A stretch of DNA of 64,000 nt, taken from an uncultured Methanosarcinaceae archaeon (GTDB lineage: Archaea; Halobacteriota; Methanosarcinia; Methanosarcinales; Methanosarcinaceae). The notes under the pieces were generated by a model. The model saw nothing but the letters and a program-made list of their open reading frames with translations. It did no database searches and had not been told where the DNA came from. The position numbers and the translations under genes are program-made. This document shows positions 11,702-22,257 of the stretch, in pieces. The number at the start of each line of letters is the position of its first letter. The first letter of the stretch is position 1. The DNA is taken from positions 352,001 through 416,000 of the forward strand of contig CAVTET010000003.1 in assembly GCA_963733675.1 (NCBI GenBank), in the 5' to 3' direction.

Positions 11702-13405
11702 CTATGGTGACAAACTTCTGCGATTAGCTTTACCAACAGCCATGTTATTATGACTCACGCTATTAGAAGTTCTAGTTGACCTATTAAAGCTGTTAAAAGT
11801 TGTTGTTGGTTTATTAAAGCTTTCAAAAGTTGTTGTTTGTTTATTATAGTTTTTAAATATTGCTGTTGGTCTATTATAGTTCTTAAATATTGTAGTTGGT
11901 TTATTATAGCTCTTAAATGCTGTAGTTGGTTTATTATAGCTCTTAAATATTTTTGTTTGTTTATTATAGCCATTAAATGTTTTTGTTTGTTTATTATATT
12001 TCTTAAATGTTGCAGTTTGTTTATTTAAGCTTTTAAATGTTTTTGTTGACTTATTATATTTCTTAACTGTTGTAGTTTGTTTATTTAAGTTCTTGAATGT
12101 TGTAGTTGGCTTATTATATTTCTTAAATGTTTTTGTTTGTTTATTATATTTCTTAACTGTTGTAGTTTGTTTATTTAAGTTCTTGAATGTTGTAGTTGGC
12201 TTATTATATTTCTTAAATGTTTTTGTTTGTTTATTATATTTCTTAAATGTTGCAGTTTGTTTATTTAAGCTCTTAAATGTTTTTGTTGGCTTAGTATATT
12301 TCTTAAATGTTGTAGTTTGTTTATTTAAGCTCTTAAATGTAATTGTTTGTTTATTTACGTTATTAGGACTGGGATTTGGATGTAATGGACGTCCATTCTC
12401 CATGCTCTTACCACGAAATTCGCCATTACCATAATGCCCGGGTCCTTTATCTCCAGGACCTTTAAAGCCATTACCACTTAAAGGACGGCGATATTGTCTA
12501 TGATCCCAGGATCCCCAGCTAGGCTCGTGTCTACCGTACCACCAGCTTTTATCACCATACCAGCATCTACCGTCAAACCAAGCCCCGTCTTGTAAGAAAC
12601 TACCTCCCATCCAGAGTACACCACCAAAGAATCCTTCTGGATAGTCGATTCCTTCTACTACAACGGGTGTTGCATCTATAATCCACACAGGTGCGATTCT
12701 ATTGATCCACCAGCTTTTATCACCAATCCAATAAGCACCGTCAATCCAAACATTATCTACTAAGAAACAACCCCCACTCCAGAGTATACCATCATACAAT
12801 CCTTCTGGATAATCGGCTCCTGCTACTACAATGTTATTAACTACTACATTATTATTTACTTCATTACCTGCTACGGCGCCTCCTCCATTAACTACAACGT
12901 TATTATCTTTTACCTGGATAGAACTCGGATTAGGTACCTGTCCGAATGCTGTTACATGGATGCGATTTGGATTAGGCACCTGTCCAAACGGACCGGACGT
13001 GTACCATAGGTTACCGTCGCTTCCACGCACATAAACTGTATTGGCATCTACGGCCTGAAAATCCACCACATTGCCATCCACCTGGATGCGATTCGGATTA
13101 GGCACCTGTCCGAACGGACCTGGCGTGTACCACAGGTTACCATCGCTCTCAAGCACATAAACTGTATTGGCATCCACAGCCTGAAAATCCACCACATTGC
13201 CATCCACCGGGATGCTATTCGGATTAGGTACCTGGCCGGACGGATCGAGCGTGTACCATAGGTTACCGTCGCTTCCAAGCACGAAGGCGTTGTTGGCGTC
13301 CATGGCCTGAACTCGCGCTTTTTTTTCTGCACTTACTATTGTAGCTGCCAACGAGACAACACAATACACTATTAACAAAATTGCAATTATCCTTCGAATT
13401 TTCAT
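11702..13405 (-). CDS. Secreted modular repeat protein (propeller-like blade repeats, Trp/Gly-rich duplicated domain, basic decapeptide tail)
   Basis: 567-aa intact ORF; signal peptide; about 3 x 42-aa VDGNVVDFQAVDANTVYVLGSDGNLWYTPGPFGQVPNPNRI; 2 x DYPEG..G.LW.GG.F...W.DG..W.GDKSWW; 19 x NKQTTTFKKY-like; ggag RBS upstream. Confidence 0.9.
   Translation of the reverse strand: MKIRRIIAILLIVYCVVSLAATIVSAEKKARVQAMDANNAFVLGSDGNLWYTLDPSGQVPNPNSIPVDGNVVDFQAVDANTVYVLESDGNLWYTPGPFGQVPNPNRIQVDGNVVDFQAVDANTVYVRGSDGNLWYTSGPFGQVPNPNRIHVTAFGQVPNPSSIQVKDNNVVVNGGGAVAGNEVNNNVVVNNIVVAGADYPEGLYDGILWSGGCFLVDNVWIDGAYWIGDKSWWINRIAPVWIIDATPVVVEGIDYPEGFFGGVLWMGGSFLQDGAWFDGRCWYGDKSWWYGRHEPSWGSWDHRQYRRPLSGNGFKGPGDKGPGHYGNGEFRGKSMENGRPLHPNPSPNNVNKQTITFKSLNKQTTTFKKYTKPTKTFKSLNKQTATFKKYNKQTKTFKKYNKPTTTFKNLNKQTTTVKKYNKQTKTFKKYNKPTTTFKNLNKQTTTVKKYNKSTKTFKSLNKQTATFKKYNKQTKTFNGYNKQTKIFKSYNKPTTAFKSYNKPTTIFKNYNRPTAIFKNYNKQTTTFESFNKPTTTFNSFNRSTRTSNSVSHNNMAVGKANRRSLSP
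11781..12350 (-). repeat. 30-bp coding tandem repeat x19 with a 90-bp higher-order duplication
   Basis: Units like ttattatatttcttaaatgttgtagtttgt in exact 30-bp register; 12051-12140 is identical to 12141-12230. Confidence 0.97.
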
Positions 13406-13532
13406 TTGTATTTTACTCCATTTTTATTCAGATAAATATATTTTAATTAGATTGGGACTTGCACAGTTGAGCTAGAAAAGTATATTATTGACTAAATTGT
13501 AATTTTTTTAACCCTGATAATAATTTGTTCTG

Positions 13533-13664
13533 TCAGTGGTATGCTGGACGTAGTGGATGTACTTGGTCTTGTAGTTCAGCTGCGGCGCTTACTGCAGTAG
13601 CTGTCATTGAAATTGTTATAGAAAATGCTACCAAAATATCTAGTGCATTTTTCTTCTTTCCAAT
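13533..13664 (-). pseudogene. Relic of a small secreted protein (signal peptide plus short tail)
   Basis: IGKKKNALDILVAFSITISMTATAVSAAAELQDQVHPLRPAYH*; no ATG start. Confidence 0.35.
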
Positions 13665-14325
13665 GCTTTTTTTGTATTCAATAAACTCCAGATTTTTTTC
13701 TCAATTTGATACACGTTTAACCTGTTTTTTAGATATTCTTTTCTTTTGATAAGTTCATTCACTCAACTTTTTAGACAAGTATCGAAGATAATTTAGATAA
13801 GTTTCAATATTCGTTTTAAAAACATTTTCTTAAAATTCTAACTCAATTAATTAAAATAAAGATACTTATGACCATACTTACTCAAAAATAAAAATAATAA
13901 ATATAAGTATGTTCATAATCTTTATATTTTTAACATAATATAAATATACTAGAATCAAAATTTCGTAATATAAATATCCTAAATTCTTCAATCTAAAGAG
14001 ATACACTAATCTTAAAGTACAGTTAGATTGATTCAGCAAAAACTATGCATTCATGATAACGTGATCTTTTCATATTTGTATGGTGATAACAAAATTTAAT
14101 CCAGTTTTTCAAAAAGGGCAGGGGAAAATATTAACATCTGCTGTAATTCATGAGATCAGGGCTAAAAAATTTATGTACTAAATAGTTATATCTAATAAAA
14201 TATAGTATATGTTCAAAAACTATATAAATAATAGCATATATTTAGAATCATGTGAATAATGTTTGTGTAATCTCTAGTTAACACAGGGAAAACAAAATTT
14301 TGTGGAAAATGAAAGGAGTTCTAAT

Positions 14326-14537
14326 ATGCAGGAAATTATGAAAGTTAACATAAATGAGGCTACTTTACAAAAGTTGACTTTAACCGGAGAAACTTCAAAA
14401 GAGTTAATCTTATAGGAGTTGACTTTATAAAAGCCAACTTAAAAAAATCCTGCTTTGAAGGAGTTAATCTTGAAGGAGCTGAATTTAGAGAAGCTCACTA
14501 TTTAACATTTGAACAGCTTTCTAAAGTGAAGGCGTGA
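14326..14537 (+). pseudogene. Pentapeptide-repeat protein fragment
   Basis: aaggag RBS then ATG; after a frameshift VNLIG-VDFIK-ANLKK-SCFEG-VNLEG-AEFRE-AHYLTFEQLSKVK. Confidence 0.75.
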
Positions 14538-15070
14538 TCCCTTCCCTTCATCACGAAAATTTAGTTCTGTATCAACTAACTAGAATGAAATTACCACACT
14601 AGAGAGACATCTTCTCAGCAGTGTACTGCAAGTTCTATAATATCTGATAGACTCTATGTCCTTTTCCTATCATCACAAAAATGGGATTTATCGTTTTACT
14701 GACGCTGAAGTTTTCATACAAAAAATATGCACCTGGGAAAACGATAAAGACCTAACTCTTTTCGTGGATTTGTAAGCTGTAGTGATTTATTTGATGACTT
14801 TAAGTAATTTTAGGAATTTTATTTAAATCACTCTATTTAATTTTATATTATTTAGTACTTTTAATGAATAAATCGAATTAATTTCAAAAAAAATAAATAT
14901 TATCTATCATATTATTATTTTTAATGAAAATTCCACATGAAAAGATAGTTTTTTACTTGATTCATTGCGACTTGGTATTATAATTCATGTACTTATGTTT
15001 CTTATTATTTTGTCTGTTTTTAAAAATCATTTTTAAATGAATCTTTTTTGAACCATCTTTTTTTTATAGT

Positions 15071-15961
15071 GTGTTTTATGGTTTTTGTATAAATTATGGC
15101 ATGTTCAAAAAAGTAGCTGTTATAATTAAATATACAACTGAAGATAAAGTAAGTAACTTTGCGATATTCATTGACTATTATTTTTACAGTCTTAGGGATA
15201 TTATTTTTTCTTCTTTGATATATTTTATATTATATTATTTTGTGTTTAATGACCCTTTTATTATTATCTTTTTTTCCGTGATAACTATATGGCTATTCAC
15301 GATAATGCGAATTTTGGAAATCAAATATTTTGCTAATATTAAGTATAAAATGAAAATGTTGAATGTCATTTTTTTGAAATGCCTATATGAAAATACAGAT
15401 TACAGACAATATCGATTTTACTTGGCTAAATTTAAGTCTTACTTAAAAAAGTTTTTAGATAGCATAGACAGGCTTTTAGAAGTAGGTGTTAAAATCGAAG
15501 ATTTTGAACGTGAAAAATCACTTTCAATAAAAAAAGTAATTACAGATTACTTGATTATTTATATCAAATACGGAAAACAAGATGAGCTCAATTCTTTAAG
15601 AAGTAATCTCAGTTGTATCTCCACTTTAATTGAAGGTGAAAATCAAAGAAAAACTTTAGATCTTATTAAACCTATTTCTAAAATATATTCAGATATAGGA
15701 TCCTTCTTAGAAAAAAGAAAGTATAAAGTTGATCTGCACAAATTTTCGTGGTTTCATAGATATAGGTCCGGAATTCTATTAATGTCTATTACTTTATTCG
15801 CATTCTTATTGGTCAAATTCCATGATCAATTTAACTCATATTTAGATGAGTATCATCTTTCAAATGTGGATTCAATTCAGAAATCTGTAGCCTTAATTAC
15901 AGCTGTTTTCACTTTGGGTACTATAATAATCCAGACTTACAAAGAACTGATTAAAAGATAA
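15071..15961 (+). CDS. Hypothetical membrane protein
   Basis: 296-aa ORF in very AT-rich DNA; two TM pairs flank a soluble Lys-rich domain; start uncertain. Confidence 0.6.
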   Translation: MFYGFCINYGMFKKVAVIIKYTTEDKVSNFAIFIDYYFYSLRDIIFSSLIYFILYYFVFNDPFIIIFFSVITIWLFTIMRILEIKYFANIKYKMKMLNVIFLKCLYENTDYRQYRFYLAKFKSYLKKFLDSIDRLLEVGVKIEDFEREKSLSIKKVITDYLIIYIKYGKQDELNSLRSNLSCISTLIEGENQRKTLDLIKPISKIYSDIGSFLEKRKYKVDLHKFSWFHRYRSGILLMSITLFAFLLVKFHDQFNSYLDEYHLSNVDSIQKSVALITAVFTLGTIIIQTYKELIKR

Positions 15962-16199
15962 CATTTGGATAAAAATAAATACTATTTTAAAAAGATTACG
16001 TACCAAAAGTTCGTAAAATCTAAATAACTTTTTACCTTCTTCCATCATCGCAAAAACAGGATTCATCTTTTTTATAAATACATAGGTTTTATAACAAAAA
16101 CTGTGCATCATTATAGACGGTAAATTTTCTTTTTTGCGTTAAAAAGTGTCGATAGTCAATCGGAATTCACAAAACCTTTGGTAGATTACTAATCTTTTA

Positions 16200-16333
16200 A
16201 TTAATAACAATAACATATTGTCTGTGTAGTTATTGAAATTATAAACTCGATGTTTTAAAACTTCTTTTCCCTTACGTGTTTAGCTCTTTTTCTAATATAT
16301 TGAGCAATTCCTATTTTTCATTGGGAAGAAAAA
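16200..16333 (-). repeat. Dispersed ~270-bp element, partial copy 3
   Basis: aacaataacatattgtctgtgtagttattgaaattataaactcgatg...tttttcattgggaagaaaaa matches 11140-11271. Confidence 0.7.
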
Positions 16334-16633
16334 CAGGATAAACCCATTTAGGATTTGTACGCGATCAGAATTTGGTATGAGATTTAACTTAGTTATTTTT
16401 TAGAAGGAAATCCATACTAAATTTAGGAATTTCTTTGAAAACAATAAAAACATAATTAATATCAAATTGTTGTTCAAAATTAAAATTTCTTATGTAGAAG
16501 TAACTTTCGTTCCGAAACTATTTTTTGTGCAATTAATTAATAATAATTGTGGGGTTTTTGTATATTTTAACTGAAATTAGTCTATTAAGAAAAAGGGTCA
16601 AATAACTTTATCAAAGAGATGAGGCACAAAATT

Positions 16634-17395
16634 ATGAAGTTTCACACGCAGATATTTACAATCTTAATTTTGGCTATTTTAGTGGCCACTGTCGCGAGCA
16701 CAAGTGCTCAACATTACAATGGAGCAAAGCAATGGAGCAAAGGATAAACAAATAACATCGTTGAAGTTTCCGAATATTATGAACAATCCCGTAACACCAT
16801 GGAATCATGAGCCCATCTATCCTGTAATTGATCCCACAGCTTATATCCATCCACAGGCTTCGGTCATTGGAGATGGGATAATCGGTGCTAATGTGATGGT
16901 TTCTCCCATGGCATCTGTCCGGGGTGACGAGAGAATGCCGATTTTCATAGGTAAGGATAGCAATGTCCAGGATGGAGTTGTGATTCACGGCCTCGAGACA
17001 ACTGATGAACAAGGTAAGCCGGTCAAAAAGCACCTTGTTGATGTCAATGATAAAAAACACTCGTTTATGTGGGAGAAAATGTTACTCTTGCCCACCAGTC
17101 CATGGTGCATGGTCCGGCTTATGTAGGTAATGATACATTTATTGGCTTTCAAACTCTTGTTTTCAAGGCAAAAGTAGGAAACAAATGTGTGCTTGAGCCA
17201 AAATCAGTAGCTATTGGCGTAACCATTTTTGACAATAAGTACATTCCAGCAGGTATGATTGTCACTTCCCAGACAGACGCTGATAAGCTGCCAATAATTA
17301 CCGAAGACTTTGCATACAAGCATACAAATGAAGCTGTAGTATACGTAAATACAAACTTGGCTAAAGGATACAATAGAGCAGCTGCACCTGCTTAA
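16634..17395 (+). pseudogene. cam: Gamma-class carbonic anhydrase (Cam) with two frameshifts
   Basis: MKFHTQIFTILIL signal; NPVTPWN.EP..PVIDPTAYI.PQASVIG, SNVQDGVVIH, LAHQS.VHGPA, HTNEAVVYVN as in Methanosarcina Cam; 13-bp duplication at 16717-16742 and a 1-nt loss near 17063. Confidence 0.93.
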
Positions 17396-17648
17396 CCACT
17401 ATGGAAAATCAAAATTCATTATGAATAGAAGGTCAATAAGTGATGAAATATTAAAAAGCTGAAAATATTATATGTATGAACGGATAAATATAAATGAAAC
17501 AAAGTAATTATTTAGCTTATATACTGAACTTATTGATACTCATTCATCAACTTATACCCCTGCTCCAATGTCGAAGCAAAAATGATCCAAACAACGTTGC
17601 GAAATAATATTTGCTTAGGACTATTAAAAATATTTTTATAGACCAATT

Positions 17649-17770
17649 AGGACTTACGCGGGTGAACTCAGAAATTAACAGCTTAAAGCATAAACTACAT
17701 AAATCAAGAATTCAACTTCAAAGGATGCAATCATTTTGATTGTATCTTAAAAGCGTAAATCACAATTTAA
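17649..17770. mobile_element. Partial non-autonomous element (AGGACTTACGC-type end), truncated at an IS5/MITE-like end at 17770
   Basis: aggacttacgcgggtgaactcagaa resembles aggatttacgcagttgaactcagaa at 24990. Confidence 0.5.
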
Positions 17771-18318
17771 GGGATTTCGATAAAACTCTGATTGATCGTC
17801 TTCTCAAAAATTCGCATAGCTTTACATATCAGGAAATAATTGAATTACAAGCGACTTCAGATATTGTGGGTTTGAATCGTGTGTATGATTGGGCCTTTAA
17901 AATAAAGTGGAAAGGCATGAAAAGAGCTGATCTTTTTAATAACACAAAAATTTATGATAATATTAAAACAGTTATTTTCAACATGGAATGGATATTCGAA
18001 TTCTTTTGACCTGAATTATCTGTTAAAAAACAATATCATTCGAATATACCAAACTAAATAATCGAACTCTGCCTCAAGAGATAAGTTTGCCACTCGAACT
18101 TAAGTTATGAGAGAAAATCGGATCTATGAAATAAAGCTTTTAATTGGGACTGAGCAGTTAAAATGAAAGATTAATAACATTAAACCTTTAATTATTTTAA
18201 AAGCAAAAGGATTATAACAAATCATACGGGGATAAATTTTGTCAGCCAAAAAGTTATAATTGGATAAGGGAATGATGTGTAGAATTCATTGAAACTAAAT
18301 TAAATTTTTGGAGGGTCA

Positions 18319-18507
18319 GTGATTAAACTTACAACAAATGAAATCCATGAAATTGAGACTCTTATAGAACAATTTTCAGAAGAATCAGAATGCACAACAT
18401 GTATTGAAAGAGTAATTAGAAAGTTGGAATTCAACGGGAAAAGCTATAAGATGAAGGTAATTATCGAAGCTGAAGAAGATTATTTTGAGGATATTTTTAC
18501 TGATTGA
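18319..18507 (+). CDS. Small acidic hypothetical protein with CxxC
   Basis: 62 aa; GGAGG RBS 5 nt before the GTG start; ECTTC; acidic tail. Confidence 0.6.
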   Translation: MIKLTTNEIHEIETLIEQFSEESECTTCIERVIRKLEFNGKSYKMKVIIEAEEDYFEDIFTD

Positions 18508-18746
18508 TTAATTAAAAAGTAGTCAAAAAAGCACCAGTCTAAAACATCAAATATTTATTTTTCTGGAATTATTGGGAACTTGAATGCAAGAACGCTGGCG
18601 CAGTTTCATTAAAACAGGTCGGTAAGTCAGAAAAATAGGCGGGCATGAACACCCACCTATATAGTTGATTCATGTATCTGTTGTGATTTAAATACCATGA
18701 TGCTATAAATTTAGTTTGTGTTTATCTATCTAATAGTACTTATAGA

Positions 18747-18810
18747 GTGCGGAAGGTCACGAATACCCCCGACTTTAGGTAGGCTATGACGTTAACCTTC
18801 ACCTCATTTT
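18747..18810. mobile_element. Orphan IS200/IS605-type end
   Basis: gtgcggaaggtcacgaatacccccgactttag...aaccttcacctc resembles, from memory, the hairpin-forming IS200/IS605 ends of Methanosarcina; no tnpA or tnpB nearby. Confidence 0.45.
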
Positions 18811-18989
18811 GTTTTCTTTAAACACCTAAATCATCGCTTCATTATAAAATGGGTTGGTTCTTGGAACCTTGGTCTGAGGTAGTACCCTCTCATACCTATG
18901 ATTTGGATGTGATAAGCATTGGAAATTAAACACCTTTATCTATGTATCGAACAAAATAAATTTCAATTGAGTCATCCCTATTTGGATGC

Positions 18990-19352
18990 TTGTACCTAAA
19001 TTATGCTTTAGTCATGAAGGGCTTAGAGGGTAGCATTAATTCAGATGGAACCAAAAGAGAAAACATTTTTTGGTCCTTAGTTCAGTGGACTTTTTTGGGA
19101 CCATCTCTCATAACTTCGATAATCGCTTTTTATTTCTTAATAGAACAACCGTCAGTTCACAATGGTGGGCTAGAACTTTGTGTACTTTTGGGAGTAAGTT
19201 TTTTGTCCTTATTTGTAAGTCGGTCAGAATTCGACTCGTTTGAGAAAAGCTGTCGAGATATAGATTCGGAATGTAAAGATGAGTTAGAATGTGAATGCAC
19301 GAAAAAATATAACTCGATACAAAAAACTTTTAAAAGAGATACATTGTGCTGA
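18990..19352 (+). CDS. Small hypothetical membrane protein (2 TM plus Cys/acidic tail), possibly a fragment
   Basis: 120-aa ORF with two hydrophobic helices. Confidence 0.45.
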   Translation: MYLNYALVMKGLEGSINSDGTKRENIFWSLVQWTFLGPSLITSIIAFYFLIEQPSVHNGGLELCVLLGVSFLSLFVSRSEFDSFEKSCRDIDSECKDELECECTKKYNSIQKTFKRDTLC

Positions 19353-19809
19353 CTTCCAAGAAGCAAATAGTTTTTAGTTCGTAGCATGTTTTATTTTTGA
19401 GAATTAACTCTTTCAATTTGGATAGCCATTTTGATTTCTTTAATACATCAGTTGTTAGTTTATAAGAACTGGATTATTAGTCAACTTTGCATACTCTTTG
19501 TATTTAATTTGATTTTATTTTGTTTAAATAGGTTAGGATTTCGCTCGCTTTGCCCGATAAAAATAAAACTCAATAAAAAGCTTTAAAATAATCGGATTTT
19601 TGGCTCATTTAGATGAAAATAGTCATTCGAAAGTATTTAGATCATTATATCGAAAACAGCTCTAACCCTGGTTTTAGAGCTAGGGAGATCTTCCAGTCTG
19701 TAAGATCTTTGAAGTCATGAATTAAGCATAGTTTTGTATGAAAACTTCAGCGTCAGTAAAACGATATATCCTATTTTTTGTAGTGACAGAAAAAGGACAT
19801 GGAGTCAAT

Positions 19810-19945
19810 CAGATTTTGCAGAATTTTCGGGAGCTGATCGTGTTATTGATTGCCTGGATAATAGCTATGAAGCAATGCTAGGAAAATGGTTTGGCAACTG
19901 TACAAAGTTAAGTATTGGTGAATGGCAAAAAATAGCCTATAAGGC
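19810..19945 (+). pseudogene. ABC exporter ATP-binding domain fragment
   Basis: GADRVIDCLDNSYEAMLGKWFGNCTKLSIGEWQKIA is the ABC signature region (LSxGEWQKIA). Confidence 0.7.
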
Positions 19946-20187
19946 CTCTGAGTGCTTTGCATTAAGGATGCTTACCTTATAGTAAGTAGGTACAAAATAT
20001 CCTCTAGTGTAGACAACAGCAGTTTCAACAACAACAATAATCTAACGGAAAGCTTCTTCAAAACTCGGGGAGATTTTTGCTTCAAAGTGCTTTTCGATGT
20101 ATTTCCCAGAATTTTAAAAAAATCTTTACTATTTTCATATATTTTTCCATCAATACTTTCTCTGTCACTATCACCACCTTTAAACAC

Positions 20188-20634
20188 TCAAGTTTTACTG
20201 TATTTTCCCATAAGTTCCCCTTCTGCTATGATATGGCCTATCATCTCGCTTTCAAGCTCTTTTCTGCTTTTCCCTGCTTTTAGGCCGAGCTGCTTGTCTA
20301 GAGCATATACTCTGAAAAAATACCTATGGGTTCCTGAAGGAGGGCATGGCCCCCCATACCCTATTTTCCTGAAATCATTTATTCCCTCAACCCCGGGTAT
20401 GCTGTCTTCGTCTATTTTTGCAATAGGTACTATATTCCATACAATCCAGTGAGTAAATATCTTCATGGGAGCATCCGGGTCATCCATTATAAGAACTAAA
20501 CTTTCAGCTTTTTCAGGAATACCTCTGAATTCCAGAGGGGGATTTATATTCTCCGCGCTACAAGTGTACTTTCTCGGGATAGTATCATTAGATTCAAATG
20601 CGCTGCTAATAACTTTTATGTTTTGGATGTTCAT
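20188..20634 (-). CDS. YbhB/YbcL (PEBP / Raf kinase inhibitor-like) protein
   Basis: IPRKYTC...NINPPL, MDDPDAP..FTHWIVWNI, GYGGPCPPSGTHRYFF. Confidence 0.95.
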   Translation of the reverse strand: MNIQNIKVISSAFESNDTIPRKYTCSAENINPPLEFRGIPEKAESLVLIMDDPDAPMKIFTHWIVWNIVPIAKIDEDSIPGVEGINDFRKIGYGGPCPPSGTHRYFFRVYALDKQLGLKAGKSRKELESEMIGHIIAEGELMGKYSKT

Positions 20635-20810
20635 AATTTCATCCCCTTTGGCATTATCAAGAAATCCTCCGCTTTTAAGTAACTTATTCTATCCTAAGCT
20701 CATACAGAAATCAAGAGCATTTTCGCAATTAAGAGCATCCAAACTAGATTAATTTTTCTTGTCATGGATGATTCAACCTTCTGATGACCGTAAAACTGCT
20801 CAGAACTATG

Positions 20811-20898
20811 GAGGATTTCGATAAACCCTAATTTGTTACTGTTTGTTTATAATGCCTACATAAGCATTCATAAAAATATGAGGTTTATCTAAATTCTC
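20811..20898. mobile_element. 88-bp MITE (IS5-type TIR GAG..TTTCGATAAA), copy A
   Basis: gaggatttcgataaacc ... ggtttatctaaattctc. Confidence 0.75.
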
Positions 20899-21215
20899 TA
20901 TTATATTAAAACTAAAGAGATATAACTTTAAGGCTTAATAGCAAAGCACCTGCTAAAATTCAACTTTAAAATACCTCAAGTTTAAATTCAAAAACTGATA
21001 CTAGCAGTTTAATCCTGATACTTGATTCCAGGCTCAAAATCCAGACTCAAACTCCGCTTCATTAGGGACTAAAGTTGTAGAGACGGCAGATTTCAGGTAT
21101 GACCTCCAAATAATCTGGTTTAGTCGACTTTGTAGAAAATGCATCCATGAAAGATTTTTTGAAGCCGTTCTCTGAAAGCAACAGCCTAAAATCATGAGGC
21201 TTTGAAAGTCTGAAA

Positions 21216-21422
21216 TCAGTCTTCTACTTCAAGGGCTTGAATTACATCATGGACCTCTAGTTCTCCTTTGGCTACACGCTGAACTAGTGGATAAATAAAT
21301 GAACAATCATCTATTGCTGCCCAGCGTTCTTCTCCTACTACTCTGACAACTTCATCGAGTATATCGCCACATGTTTTACAATATCTTCCTTTGCTTTCTA
21401 ATCCACAAGATTCGCATTTCAT
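21216..21422 (-). CDS. Small zinc-ribbon protein (68 aa)
   Basis: MKCESC..SKGRYCKTC (two CxxC); ATG at 21422 is preferred over the longer ORF start. Confidence 0.75.
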   Translation of the reverse strand: MKCESCGLESKGRYCKTCGDILDEVVRVVGEERWAAIDDCSFIYPLVQRVAKGELEVHDVIQALEVED

Positions 21423-21884
21423 TGAAAATACCCATAAAACTATGGAGCTGTCGAAAATAAATAAATTATGGTGAAATGTAAGTATATTTACACAGTCACT
21501 AGAAAATCGGGTGTAGAGTAAAAAGAGGAACGAAAAAAATAGTTCCTGATACTTCAAACTTATAGAGCGTTATGAAAGGAAGGTCAAAAAAGAGAAAGAG
21601 GGTAAAATAATAATCGTTTAAATGTTCAACTTGTTCTAGCAAGCTTCTCTTTCTAGTGTAAGCAAAATAAGGAAACTAATCACCTAATAAACCATCTACC
21701 TTAGTTATTCTACACATTATGAGTTAATAACGATAGGTGCATAAACATTACACTCGTAGATATAGTAAGGAATGGGCCACTCATAGGCCCAAAGTAGGTT
21801 TCTCATTCAATGGACATAGGAGAAAAGTATGCTAGCACCATAAAATCTATCCTAAAGTCGCTAAAGTGATCTATATGGTCTTTG

Positions 21885-22029
21885 GGGCTAAGAGGTTTTG
21901 GTGACCGTGGTGACTATGTCGTAGATCTTAGTAGAATCTTGATCTTGATAGAGCCCATGACATAGACTACGACTGTTTCAGTGGACTGTTTAGCCATAGC
22001 AGTTTGTTTGGTTACGGTGGTTTGGATGA
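21885..22029 (+). pseudogene. Relic of a Gly/Asp/His-rich low-complexity protein
   Basis: GLRGFGDRGDY.. then, after a frameshift, DLDRAHDIDYDCFSGLFSHSSLFGYGGFG*. Confidence 0.3.
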
Positions 22030-22257
22030 GCTATGTTTATTTGAAATTAATTAAAAAACAGTAAATAGCGAATTTATTTGAGATTTATTTGATGATCCTC
22101 GCTAATTTCGGGGATTTTATTTGAATTATTTGATTCATTCCGATATTTTTTGCCATTTTCATTTAACAAGTTGATTAATTTTAGGATTTGTTTGTAAATT
22201 TATGCCTACGCAGGAAACGTCAAAAACGTTTATATGTCCGTATAACTCAGCTTTCCA

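Noticed and set aside
11781-12350. 30-bp periodic array as a CRISPR array
   Set aside because: The units are contiguous with no unique spacers, stay in frame within an ORF, and no cas genes are present
17740-18009. 89-aa ORF as a real gene
   Set aside because: It starts at TTG inside mobile-element ends, has no RBS or recognisable domain, and is at best a relic
14630-19830. Diversity-generating retroelement TR/VR pair
   Set aside because: The mismatches are not adenine-specific and there is no reverse transcriptase in the window
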